A stretch of 64,000 nt of DNA from a virus (IMGVR_UViG_3300024265_000047:4079-68078), one strand, 5' to 3'. Positions 10,528 through 19,618 are shown, counted from the first letter of the stretch. Notes: generated by a model not told the origin, from the sequence alone. Program-made: numbers and translations.

Positions 10528-10554
10528 ATTATATACGAATAAAGTGCATTGTTT
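10528..10554 (-). promoter_or_regulatory. AAAC-N17-TATAAT promoter
   Basis: Minus strand reads AAAC aatgcactttattcgta TATAAT, embedded in the 3' end of the upstream gene. Confidence 0.7.
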
Positions 10555-10933
10555 CATTCGGTTCATGCATTTTTAAAAATTTAAAGTTAAAATTTGTTAC
10601 GGGTATTATTATCATTCTTGCTATTTTGTCACCAATTTGATACGTATTTGGAAGTTCAGATTCTGTGATAGAAAATTTCACCTTTATTTCATCATCACTA
10701 TTGTTAGGTATAACACCTATACTGTCCTTTGTCATTAAATCTCTACTATTAATTGAATCCATCGGAAAAAGTAGACCAGCATAACCCTTAGGTATCGATA
10801 TTGCCAAACCTGTTCCATAACCTATATAATTATATCCTATTTCTTTTGTTGTACAAGTTAGTTCTAGAACATTATCTTGACCTATATCGGGATTCTTTGC
10901 TTCTTCCATTAGTTGTTTTACAATTACTTCCAT
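10529..10933 (-). CDS. dUTPase-fold protein with degenerate catalytic motifs
   Basis: YGTGLAISIPKGYAGLLFP, IGVI and YQIGDKIARMIIIP match trimeric dUTPases, but RSS is MDS, DxxYxG is PNNSDD, and the Gly-rich motif V is absent. Confidence 0.75.
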   Translation of the reverse strand: MEVIVKQLMEEAKNPDIGQDNVLELTCTTKEIGYNYIGYGTGLAISIPKGYAGLLFPMDSINSRDLMTKDSIGVIPNNSDDEIKVKFSITESELPNTYQIGDKIARMIIIPVTNFNFKFLKMHEPNETMHFIRI

Positions 10934-10985
10934 TCAGAATTTTTTTTTTTACTTCGATTAAAAAGTATCCTCCTTTCTTGGTTTT

Positions 10986-11963
10986 TTATTGTGGATATTT
11001 AGTTTCCTTATATTCTTCGCTATACATTTTCTTCATTTCATCAGCGTATTCACGAATAATCTTATTAACAATATCCATTTTTGTTTTTGGTGGTTTCTTA
11101 CCATAAAAATCTTCATACATTCCTTTATAGACACATGCCAAACTATTAGCACCTAATCCACTATTTGAATTTGATTCTATCATCCATACCTTATCCTTTT
11201 TATCAACAAAAAAATCCAAGGAATAACAATCCAATTCAATCAATTTTCTGAAATCCTGTTGTATGTCTTTTATTTGATCCATAAAAGGTGTCTTATCCAT
11301 ATTCTGTTGTATGTATATGAAATTAACTTCCTCTTTAAGACCCTTTGTTTCTATGGTTTTATTATATTTCTTATTTACTATTCTTTCATAAAGAACAATG
11401 GGATTATCCTTTATAAACATAATTCTATATTCAGATATAAAATCTATACACTCACTATAAAGATCAAACGTACCTTTATCTTTGTTAGCTTCTTCAATCG
11501 TTTCAAATTTCTTGATTCCTATACCACTGTGTCCTATTGAAGGTTTAGCTATTATTGGAAATTTTAGTTTACTTAAATCTTTTTTATCATAAACTGTTTT
11601 AGGAATGTAATTTTTACCCTCAAGTTTTTGATGCCATAGTTTTTTATCACTACTTAAATTTATAGCATCAGTATTCCAATTATATACAGTTGATTTATCT
11701 AATTTATTATCTTCTATATATTTAATGACATCTTTGTTGGAACCACCGTATCTTAATGTTGGAACAGTATGATCTAATTTTTTCTTTTTAGTTCGTTCCA
11801 TCAGTTCTGGATTCATAAAAAACATATTGAACAATTTGTTCTTTGCCAGATCTGTTAAAGCATCAACCTTTTTACTTTCTGTTTTAGAACCAACTTTATG
11901 TATTTTTACCCATTGAACTTTATCGTCATTAAGAAATTTTTCTAGAAGTTTGATATACTTCAT
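10986..11963 (-). CDS. ATP-grasp (RimK-like) ligase
   Basis: IPKT, FPIIAKPSIGHSGIGI, EYRI, LDF and IESNSNSG ATP-grasp motifs. Confidence 0.8.
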   Translation of the reverse strand: MKYIKLLEKFLNDDKVQWVKIHKVGSKTESKKVDALTDLAKNKLFNMFFMNPELMERTKKKKLDHTVPTLRYGGSNKDVIKYIEDNKLDKSTVYNWNTDAINLSSDKKLWHQKLEGKNYIPKTVYDKKDLSKLKFPIIAKPSIGHSGIGIKKFETIEEANKDKGTFDLYSECIDFISEYRIMFIKDNPIVLYERIVNKKYNKTIETKGLKEEVNFIYIQQNMDKTPFMDQIKDIQQDFRKLIELDCYSLDFFVDKKDKVWMIESNSNSGLGANSLACVYKGMYEDFYGKKPPKTKMDIVNKIIREYADEMKKMYSEEYKETKYPQ

Positions 11964-12013
11964 GTAATAGATTATTTAAAATATATATTTGAATGACTAG
12001 ATAAAGTTTACTT

Positions 12014-12571
12014 TTATTTATCTAAAGTTACAAATCTAGAAACCAATGTTAATTTTGGTGCAAAAGTTTTTTCAACTATCATATTTAAAGATACACCTAA
12101 ATTATATACATATAAAAGTTTACCACCAGAAATCAACTCATTTAATTTTTGTGATACATGTTCTATAATCATGTTTTCTATTTTATCAACGATATCTAAA
12201 CCAAAGACTTCCTTTAAATCTATCATATCCTTTTGACTAATTGAAATAGAAAATGAATAATTTAGAGCATCTATCATTTTTCCATCTTTTACTCCAGAAG
12301 GTTCTGTCATAATATGTACACTATCAAGATTTTTTATTTTTGAAAGTATTTTAAGACTTATCGGAAGAAGTGATTTAAAAGGATTTGATCGTGTTTTTTT
12401 CATATCCTTTTCCGATAAAGGATATAAACCTTCATCTGATGATGTCGTTGTAAACAAATGAGCTTCCAATTTTGCAATATGATCTGCATATGTTGAAATT
12501 TTTTCATAATATTTTTCTGAAATATCCATCATTTCTAAAATAGGTTTCCATTTTTCAATTAACTTTTTCAT
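12014..12571 (-). CDS. Hypothetical protein with gp23 capsid-like N-terminus
   Basis: Begins LIEKWKPIL, similar to the LxEKWxPxL start of T4-like major capsid precursors. Confidence 0.55.
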   Translation of the reverse strand: MKKLIEKWKPILEMMDISEKYYEKISTYADHIAKLEAHLFTTTSSDEGLYPLSEKDMKKTRSNPFKSLLPISLKILSKIKNLDSVHIMTEPSGVKDGKMIDALNYSFSISISQKDMIDLKEVFGLDIVDKIENMIIEHVSQKLNELISGGKLLYVYNLGVSLNMIVEKTFAPKLTLVSRFVTLDK

Positions 12572-12576
12572 GATTT

Positions 12577-12864
12577 TTATCTTGGTTTATTAATTTGTCT
12601 TGCATATTTCTTACAACATAATTTTGGTTTACACTCTTCAGCAGATCTTCCATGTCCATTTTCATTAAGAGTACATGCAAAAAATTTCTGATATTCATCG
12701 TATGCTTCTAATCGTTTAGAACATTTTTCTCCTATTTCATATAACATTATATGATTATTTCTTTTTTCTTCTGTCAATTCTTTACATTCATAATGTAAAA
12801 CACCATCAATTTTATAACATAATTGACATACTCTATCATCCTTAAAATTTCCCTTACAATCCAT
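12577..12864 (-). CDS. Small Cys-rich hypothetical protein
   Basis: 95 aa with nine Cys, including CQLC. Confidence 0.6.
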   Translation of the reverse strand: MDCKGNFKDDRVCQLCYKIDGVLHYECKELTEEKRNNHIMLYEIGEKCSKRLEAYDEYQKFFACTLNENGHGRSAEECKPKLCCKKYARQINKPR

Positions 12865-13237
12865 ATTCTGTATCTTTTAATTGCATAATAACATAACCTT
12901 TTTCCAAACCAAACTTACCACCTTCTAAAATATAAACTATTTGTTTATTTATAGTTCTTCCTGTATACTCGTTTTCATATTGATTCCATTCCTGTAAACG
13001 TAAAACATCTCCAACTTTATAATTTCTATCATTATATCGTAATTCAAAGTTTTTTGATCCCTCCTCTATACATTGAAAATACGGCATCCATACCTTTAAT
13101 TCATGATGAAATGGAATTTTAGCTATACAAATCCATTCATTTTCTATATAAACTTTTTGTTTCAAATCTGATGGATCCCAGACAATAGTTCCAATGGGAA
13201 AATCATGTTCATTTTTATCTGTTATTTTTAATACCAT
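12854..13237 (-). CDS. DUF3850/ASCH-domain protein
   Basis: HELKVWMPYF...GSKNFELRYNDRNYKVGDVLRLQEW...YTGR is the DUF3850/ASCH pattern. Confidence 0.85.
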   Translation of the reverse strand: MVLKITDKNEHDFPIGTIVWDPSDLKQKVYIENEWICIAKIPFHHELKVWMPYFQCIEEGSKNFELRYNDRNYKVGDVLRLQEWNQYENEYTGRTINKQIVYILEGGKFGLEKGYVIMQLKDTEYGL

Positions 13238-13239
13238 AA

Positions 13240-13506
13240 TTAATACGGTTTAATTGTTAAATTTTCAAACTTAGTAGCTGTTGCATATTTAGTTTGATAT
13301 GTTATATTATGACAAGCATCTTCATAAGATATTCCATATGAAAGCATAGTTACAATTTCCCAATATTCTTGTGTATTAGGTTCACTAGAATTATATGAAA
13401 ATTTTATAAGATATGCATGTTCTTCACTTACTCCTATAAAATTGTCATTAAGCTTTCTCAATACCTCTTGTAAAGAGTCTGTCATATAAACTGTTTCTTT
13501 AATCAT
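13240..13506 (-). CDS. Hypothetical protein
   Basis: 88-aa ORF in a packed minus-strand run. Confidence 0.6.
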   Translation of the reverse strand: MIKETVYMTDSLQEVLRKLNDNFIGVSEEHAYLIKFSYNSSEPNTQEYWEIVTMLSYGISYEDACHNITYQTKYATATKFENLTIKPY

Positions 13507-13536
13507 TTTTAATTGCTTTAAATTTTTCCATATCTA

Positions 13537-13722
13537 TCATTCTTTATGAACTTGATAATGAACATAAATAGCATCACCGAATTGTTGTTCTTCATCATCT
13601 AATTCATTTTGTAACTTATTGGCCTCATCTAAAGTAAGTCCATCTTTCATTACAGGATTTGTTACTGCAAAGAACATATGTCTTTTTACACAATAACTAT
13701 CTTTTTGTTTTTCTTTTTTCAT
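13537..13722 (-). CDS. Hypothetical protein
   Basis: ORF after nrdJ; start moved to the non-overlapping ATG (MKKEKQKDSY). Confidence 0.5.
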   Translation of the reverse strand: MKKEKQKDSYCVKRHMFFAVTNPVMKDGLTLDEANKLQNELDDEEQQFGDAIYVHYQVHKE

Positions 13723-13733
13723 TTTTTCATTTT

Positions 13734-16307
13734 TTAACATTTGGAAAAGCCGCAACTCTTGCACATTTCACAGCCTTCTTTATAAACCAATCCAACAGGA
13801 TCATCACATTTAGGACACTTAGCATTTGACGGTACAGTATTATCTGGTATGTATTTCTTAAGTGTTCTTGCTATCGCTTTCGAAAAAGATATAATTGTTC
13901 CTTCTGCCTTGTTCAATTGTTCTATGCTATATTTTATATCAACACCATGTCTAAGAGCCATTGATAAAGTTCTAGTTAGTGCCTCTTCTTCGTCCCTTTC
14001 AAACATTTCATTTATGTTACCCAAAATAGCTCCATTTTCAAGTTCAAGAGAATAATAACCACTCTTAATTTTAATCAATTTACCAGTTTTGATCTGTTTT
14101 GATATTGATATGTATTTTTGTTTGAATGCAAATACTTCGTATGGATCATTATACAATAAACCAACCAAAACTATCCAATCCTTACCCTTAGCTGTAACAT
14201 GATGAATATCACATTCCAATTCTTTGGGTCTTTTAGGTGCACTTCTTTTAATAATTTTGGTTCCATTTCTTTCATTATCATCATTTTTAGTTGACACTAA
14301 AACACCAGATCTTGAACCATCTCTGTAAACAGTAATGCCCTTACATTTAGATTTCCAACCTTCTTTATATACTTTTCCAACAATTTCTTCATCTGCATCT
14401 TTCGGTAAATTAACTGTTACAGATATCGAATGATCAATCCATTTTTGTACAGCTCCCTGCATTTTAACTTTAGCAACCCAATCAACATCTTTACTTGTTG
14501 CTTTGTAATATGGTGATTTTTTAACCAATCTATCAACCTTTTCATCTGGCATCGTCATAACCTTTTTTACGTCATGACCATGAACCTTTAACCATTTTAA
14601 AAATTTCGGATGGAACACTTTATAGGTTTCCCAAGAATCTCCAATTTCATCAGTAAATGCTATATCAACACTTAAATCATTAGGATTAACTTTTCTATTT
14701 CTATTGTAATAAGGTAAAAACAATGGTTCAATTCCTGATGTTGTTTTAGTCATAAGAGATGTTGTACCTGTAGGTGCTATCGTTAACAATGCTATGTTTC
14801 TTCTACCTGTTTTGGACCATGCTCTTATAACATATTCAGATTCATTTCTTATATCTTGATCTACATGACCTGCCATTTCTTCTGCTATAGCAAATTTAAT
14901 TCTTTTTATGAATGGATTATTTAATTCTTTTTTATTATCCCAAACAGTAAATGCTCCACGTTCTTCTGCAAGAATAACTGATGATTTATATACTTCTATT
15001 GCTAAAATTCTATGAACGTTTTCAGAAAATTTTGTAGCTTCATCTGTTCCATATGTCAATCCCATAGCAGCTAACATATCACCTTCTGCTGTTACACCGA
15101 TTCCAGTTCTTCTACCTTCCTTGGCTTTCTTTTGCATTCTTTTCCAAAGATCCAATTCTATACTTTTTATGATAGCTGCTTCAGGATCTTTTTTGATTTT
15201 ATTTATTATAGCATCTATTTTTTCAAGTTCAAGATCGATTATACTATCCATTATTCTGTGTGCAGCTTTAGCATCACTTCTGAATTTTCTAAAATTAAAT
15301 TTAGCATTTTCAGTAAATGGATCTTCTACATAACCATACAAATTAATAGCAAGCAAACGACAGGAATCATCTACACAAAGTGGCACCTCCCCACAGGGAT
15401 TCGTACTAACAGTTTTATAACCAACATCAGCATAACAATCAGCTGGCGATTCATTTATGATATTATCCCAAAACAATATACCAGGTTCTGCTGATTTCCA
15501 TGCATTATGAACAATTTTATCCCATATTTTTACTGCATCAATTTCTTTTACAACTTTAGCTTTTTCTATTGGTACATCAACAGGCCACTGTTGTGTATAT
15601 TTTTCTTCATTTAAAACAGCATTCATGAATTCATCATCTATTCTAACAGAAACATTTGCACCAGTAATTTTACCTTTTTTAGTTTTGGCATCAATAAAAT
15701 TTTCAGCATCAGGATGTTTTATAGATATACTTAACATTAAAGCACCTCTTCTACCATCTTGTGCAACTTCTCTTGTTGAATTTGAATATCTTTCCATAAA
15801 CGGAACAACTCCAGTAGATGTGAGAGCACTATTCTTAACTGGAGTTCCTGCAGGTCTTATTGCTGATAAATCATGACCAACACCACCTCTTCTTTTCATA
15901 AGTTGTACCTGTTCCTGATCTATTTTCATTATAACTCCATATGAATCACCAGGCCCATCTACACCAATAACAAAACAATTAGATAAAGATATTATCTGTT
16001 TGTTATTTCCTATACCGCCCATGGGACCACCCTGTGGAACTATACGTTTAAATCCTTTCAACATATCATAAATCTGTTCTGTCATCAAAGGATTTGGATA
16101 TTTCAATTCTATTCTATTAATTTCTTTTGCCAATCTCCAATGCATATCATCTGGAGTTTTTTCGTATATGTTTCCATCTGAATCTTTTAGGGCATATTTA
16201 TTTATAAACACCTTTGCTGAAAGTTCATCACCATTAAAATATTCTAATGATTCTTTAAACGCTTCGTCAAAGGTATATGTAACAACTTTTTCTGAAATAT
16301 TTTCCAT
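13734..16307 (-). CDS. nrdJ: Class II (adenosylcobalamin-dependent) ribonucleotide reductase
   Basis: LSNCF, RRGG, TNPCGE catalytic loop, IAPTGT, ITVYRDGSR and a C-terminal CPKC...CKSC Zn ribbon; no nrdB nearby; the N-terminus resembles Bacteroidota NrdJ. Confidence 0.93.
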   Translation of the reverse strand: MENISEKVVTYTFDEAFKESLEYFNGDELSAKVFINKYALKDSDGNIYEKTPDDMHWRLAKEINRIELKYPNPLMTEQIYDMLKGFKRIVPQGGPMGGIGNNKQIISLSNCFVIGVDGPGDSYGVIMKIDQEQVQLMKRRGGVGHDLSAIRPAGTPVKNSALTSTGVVPFMERYSNSTREVAQDGRRGALMLSISIKHPDAENFIDAKTKKGKITGANVSVRIDDEFMNAVLNEEKYTQQWPVDVPIEKAKVVKEIDAVKIWDKIVHNAWKSAEPGILFWDNIINESPADCYADVGYKTVSTNPCGEVPLCVDDSCRLLAINLYGYVEDPFTENAKFNFRKFRSDAKAAHRIMDSIIDLELEKIDAIINKIKKDPEAAIIKSIELDLWKRMQKKAKEGRRTGIGVTAEGDMLAAMGLTYGTDEATKFSENVHRILAIEVYKSSVILAEERGAFTVWDNKKELNNPFIKRIKFAIAEEMAGHVDQDIRNESEYVIRAWSKTGRRNIALLTIAPTGTTSLMTKTTSGIEPLFLPYYNRNRKVNPNDLSVDIAFTDEIGDSWETYKVFHPKFLKWLKVHGHDVKKVMTMPDEKVDRLVKKSPYYKATSKDVDWVAKVKMQGAVQKWIDHSISVTVNLPKDADEEIVGKVYKEGWKSKCKGITVYRDGSRSGVLVSTKNDDNERNGTKIIKRSAPKRPKELECDIHHVTAKGKDWIVLVGLLYNDPYEVFAFKQKYISISKQIKTGKLIKIKSGYYSLELENGAILGNINEMFERDEEEALTRTLSMALRHGVDIKYSIEQLNKAEGTIISFSKAIARTLKKYIPDNTVPSNAKCPKCDDPVGLVYKEGCEMCKSCGFSKC

Positions 16308-16322
16308 CTAAATGTTTTATTT

Positions 16323-17741
16323 TTATTCTTTTTTCTTCCTTTCAATTATATGCTCAATTTTATCAACTTCTAATTCATACGAAAAACTAATTTTCTTGTA
16401 TGATTTTCTGTTTGCATATAATTCATCCAAAATGTTTTTAAGTATAGAAGCTTCTTTTTCATATACTGCACCAGTACAAGAAACAATTTTTGTAGGATTT
16501 GCTTCTCTTTCTTCTTTTTCCTTTGAAGGATGAACTTTTTTAAGAAATGATTCTGGAGATACATTAAACTGTCTCATTATTGAAGGGTATAGGGATGCAA
16601 AATCAAAACATGCAACTCCTATATGCATTCCAACAATTGGTTGTTTTACGTATGCTCCTGTATACTGTTCCTTTTTACCCTGTTGTGCTTGATCTGTAAA
16701 GTCTCTAGCCATTACTAATCCTCTATCCAAGAATTTTCTAAGTAAAAGTGATTCAGTAATCGTTACAGGTGATTCAGCTTTATACAAACTAATCATACAC
16801 ATATTAGATAATGTCAAAACTATTTCCATAGTTCTAAGTTTTTCATGTATTAATTGAACCAATATCGTATCAATTGCATTATAAAATATGAATTTTTCAT
16901 AATCTTTTTCATACAAATCCTGTAATGTTCCGTTGTATTTTACTTTCTTTAAACCCAATACTGCGTTTGCTGCTGTATCCAATTTAAAATTTTCTTTAAC
17001 ATCAACAGTTCTATCCCATTTTCTATACATATCCATATAATCTAACATTCCTATATGACATGGTATATAATCATCCTTTCTTAATTTTTCTGTTGGTGAT
17101 GCCTGTCTTGGATCTATTCCCAAATGTTTACATCTATTGACTATGTATAACCAATCAAATTTTATGAAATTCCAACCAGTAACCATTGGAAACTTTGGTA
17201 AAAATTTATGTATGAAAGTATACATCATATCATATTCAGTTTTAAAATATTGAAATACAAATTTAAAATTTTCATCAACACTTTCTAAATATTTGTTTAT
17301 TCTTTCACCTATTCTTTCTTTTTCTTTAAAATTAATATCCTTTATGGCCAAAACTATGACTTCTTTATTTGGTGTTGATATTGCTATAGATGTTACTTTA
17401 TTGTTTGCTTGTTCTGGATGTGGAAATCCATCAGTTACTTCTGTCTCAATATCAACAAAATATACTTTAGGGAAATGAGGTTCGAAAATTTCTTTCTGAT
17501 CTTTTTCAGGAAGATTATGTAGAAATTCAATCATGGCTAATTTGTTGAAATATTTACTTGGAACCTTCTTCACAGCTCTACCATCCCAATTTCTGATTTT
17601 ACTGTGTTTATTGTAATCCCTTTCTCCACAGACATACCACGACCATAAAGGAGTATTAAATTCTTTAAATGAAACTGTACCTTCTTTATTATAGTAAGAT
17701 ACAAAAATTTTGTTATTATCACTATCTACATCTAATAGCAT
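16323..17741 (-). CDS. polB: Family B DNA polymerase, N-terminal part (exonuclease + motif A; gp43A-like)
   Basis: Exo I DIET, Exo II GWNFIKFD, Exo III YNAIDT and motif A FDFASLYPS; ends in the first fingers helix. Confidence 0.93.
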   Translation of the reverse strand: MLLDVDSDNNKIFVSYYNKEGTVSFKEFNTPLWSWYVCGERDYNKHSKIRNWDGRAVKKVPSKYFNKLAMIEFLHNLPEKDQKEIFEPHFPKVYFVDIETEVTDGFPHPEQANNKVTSIAISTPNKEVIVLAIKDINFKEKERIGERINKYLESVDENFKFVFQYFKTEYDMMYTFIHKFLPKFPMVTGWNFIKFDWLYIVNRCKHLGIDPRQASPTEKLRKDDYIPCHIGMLDYMDMYRKWDRTVDVKENFKLDTAANAVLGLKKVKYNGTLQDLYEKDYEKFIFYNAIDTILVQLIHEKLRTMEIVLTLSNMCMISLYKAESPVTITESLLLRKFLDRGLVMARDFTDQAQQGKKEQYTGAYVKQPIVGMHIGVACFDFASLYPSIMRQFNVSPESFLKKVHPSKEKEEREANPTKIVSCTGAVYEKEASILKNILDELYANRKSYKKISFSYELEVDKIEHIIERKKKE

Positions 17742-17761
17742 ATGTTTATTATTTAAAATGT

Positions 17762-18334
17762 TTAATTATTTCCTGTTCCTTCACCAAATCCTGATGGACC
17801 TCTTTCACTTTTACTTTCATATAAATCAATTTCATCTACTACATCAATGTAATCGTATATTACTGGAATCAATATGAATTGAACAACCTTATCACCTTCA
17901 TGTAAATCTATTGGTTCATAACCTGTATTCAATAAACTTAGATGAACTTCACCCTGATAATCTTCATCAACAACACATGCTAGAATATCTACACCCTTTT
18001 TGGTTGATATACCAGATTTGTTAAATGCAATAAGAGCTATACCATTTATTTGATGATTAAAATCCATTAAAGGTTGTCCCATGTTTCCAAATTGTTTTAA
18101 CTTATTAACTGTTGTTAAATTAACTTTTATACCAGATGGTATAAGAACTCTTCTTTTTGGTTGTAATGTGAATTTTCTTTCTAAAAGATCAATTTTAAAT
18201 TCTATTCCTGGATTTTTAGAATTAAAATCTTTTACAAACTGTTCGTTAAATGTTGGAACATAAAAATCGATACCTGCACTGTTAGCAGTTCCCCTGTTAG
18301 GAGTTTTTACATCCCTAATTTTAGATATTTTCAT
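17762..18334 (-). CDS. dut: dUTPase
   Basis: AGIDF, KSG, VVDEDYQGE, GDKVVQ and RGPSGFG motifs all present; start moved to MKISKIRDV because the upstream part is a separate gene in another frame. Confidence 0.92.
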   Translation of the reverse strand: MKISKIRDVKTPNRGTANSAGIDFYVPTFNEQFVKDFNSKNPGIEFKIDLLERKFTLQPKRRVLIPSGIKVNLTTVNKLKQFGNMGQPLMDFNHQINGIALIAFNKSGISTKKGVDILACVVDEDYQGEVHLSLLNTGYEPIDLHEGDKVVQFILIPVIYDYIDVVDEIDLYESKSERGPSGFGEGTGNN

Positions 18335-18350
18335 ACTTAAATTTAATTTT

Positions 18351-18524
18351 TTATTGATTAATTTTTTTAATTTTCTTAGTTTTTTCTTTCTTTGGGGTAA
18401 GATCCCTACTTTGTGTTTTCCACACTGATTTGGGTACGTACATCCAACCATCATTTTTTACAAGCTTATCAGCATCTTCATTTGAGACCCTTTTTATACT
18501 TGATTTTTTTTGAATTGTCTTCAT
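18351..18524 (-). CDS. Small basic hypothetical protein (57 aa)
   Basis: Not in the ORF track. MKTIQKKSSIKRVSNEDADKLVKNDGWMYVPKSVWKTQSRDLTPKKEKTKKIKKINQ, directly behind a promoter and ending 16 nt before dut. Confidence 0.75.
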   Translation of the reverse strand: MKTIQKKSSIKRVSNEDADKLVKNDGWMYVPKSVWKTQSRDLTPKKEKTKKIKKINQ

Positions 18525-18547
18525 ATTTACGTAATTTTGGATTTTAA

Positions 18548-18574
18548 ATTATATTTTCGGTATGTGAATTGTTT
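18548..18574 (-). promoter_or_regulatory. AAAC-N17-TATAAT promoter
   Basis: Minus strand reads (ttg)AAAC aattcacataccgaaaa TATAAT, just downstream of a terminator. Confidence 0.75.
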
Positions 18575-18585
18575 CAAGAAAGCCT

Positions 18586-18611
18586 AAAAAAGCCCCTTAA
18601 AAAGAGGCTTT
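18586..18611 (-). terminator. Intrinsic terminator
   Basis: Minus-strand RNA AAAGCCUCUU-UUU-AAGGGGCUUUUUU. Confidence 0.75.
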
Positions 18612-18639
18612 CAAATATGTTTAACAGAAAATTAATTTC

Positions 18640-19179
18640 TTACGGATTTACTGCGATTTTTGTTATATCTGCATCTTTAAATTGTTCAGGATCTCCACCG
18701 TCATCTAATTGAACAGTATATTCTTCTTTAATATCATTCCATGAAATAACTTGACCAGCTCCTTTAGGAGTAGTTACTTTACATCCTGGTTCCAAATGTG
18801 ATTCATTTACAAATTCTTTTACATCATCTGCTGGAAAATCTTCGACATTTCCTTCTGATAATTGAATCTTATAAACTTTTTCTATTTCATCAAAAGAAAC
18901 AACTTCACCATTTCCTTTTTCAGTTTCAACTGTTGCTCCCAATTCAAATGGTTTATATTCCTCAGCTACTGGAGTTAATTCATCATCTTTAAAAAATTCA
19001 AACTTATCTTCACCTTCATCAAGTTGTACTTTATGTGCTTCTTTTTCTTCATCCCATTCTATAATGGTACCGTTTCCTTTAGGAGTACTTACTTTATCTC
19101 CAGGGCTATGAGATTCATTCATAGCTTCGTCTTCTCTTAGTTTTTCTTCGAATTCTTCGAATGTCATTACATATTCCAT
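18640..19179 (-). CDS. Protein with three tandem SH3/Tudor-like beta repeats
   Basis: Three ~50-aa units with the pattern GxxVxTxKGxGxxxxW/FD...xVQLxxG...F; start moved to MEYVMTFEEF to avoid overlap. Confidence 0.75.
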   Translation of the reverse strand: MEYVMTFEEFEEKLREDEAMNESHSPGDKVSTPKGNGTIIEWDEEKEAHKVQLDEGEDKFEFFKDDELTPVAEEYKPFELGATVETEKGNGEVVSFDEIEKVYKIQLSEGNVEDFPADDVKEFVNESHLEPGCKVTTPKGAGQVISWNDIKEEYTVQLDDGGDPEQFKDADITKIAVNP

Positions 19180-19210
19180 ATTCTTAATTTTTTTGTATTT
19201 TTTATATATA

Positions 19211-19618
19211 TCATGCTCCTGTAGAGCGAATTTCATCTTTGTTACTATATTTTAATTTGAAAAAATCCTTTATTGATAGAATTTTTTTAAGTTTTTTCTT
19301 TTTTTTCTTATCGAAATCCAAAATGAATGGAAAATCCCCAGAACCTGTATTAGCTCCATCAGGAAGTATTACTGCTCCCATTCCAGGAGTATTATGTCCT
19401 GTTACATTTTCCTCTATGTCATCATGTTTAGTTTTAGCGAAATCTTTCAATTCCTTATCTGTTATATCACTATCTGCTAATTGTAAAACCTGTTTAGTAA
19501 CTTTGTTTCGTTCTACACTTCCCTTTCTAACACCCCATGCCATACCAAACAACCTCTGTTGTGCTATACTTTTTGCTTTTTCAAATAATTCATAACTTAA
19601 TATCATAATAGTATTCAA
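19211..19618 (-). CDS. DUF3008-like protein
   Basis: AKSIAQQRLFGMAWGVRKG...TDKELKDFAKTKH matches the DUF3008 pattern. Confidence 0.7.
   Translation of the reverse strand: MNTIMILSYELFEKAKSIAQQRLFGMAWGVRKGSVERNKVTKQVLQLADSDITDKELKDFAKTKHDDIEENVTGHNTPGMGAVILPDGANTGSGDFPFILDFDKKKKKKLKKILSIKDFFKLKYSNKDEIRSTGA

Noticed and set aside
11982-12009. Ninth AAAC-N17-TATAAT promoter before the ATP-grasp gene
   Set aside because: The downstream box reads ATATAT/TATATA rather than TATAAT at the right spacing; not counted.
9384-16322. Intron or split intein explaining the polymerase split
   Set aside because: The interval is filled with ordinary genes, a terminator and promoters; no intein N-terminal C/S block or C-terminal HN motif at the polymerase ends.
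18335-18454. 40-aa N-terminal extension on dUTPase
   Set aside because: Overlaps a better-supported 57-aa gene in another frame; the dUTPase fold starts at MKISK.
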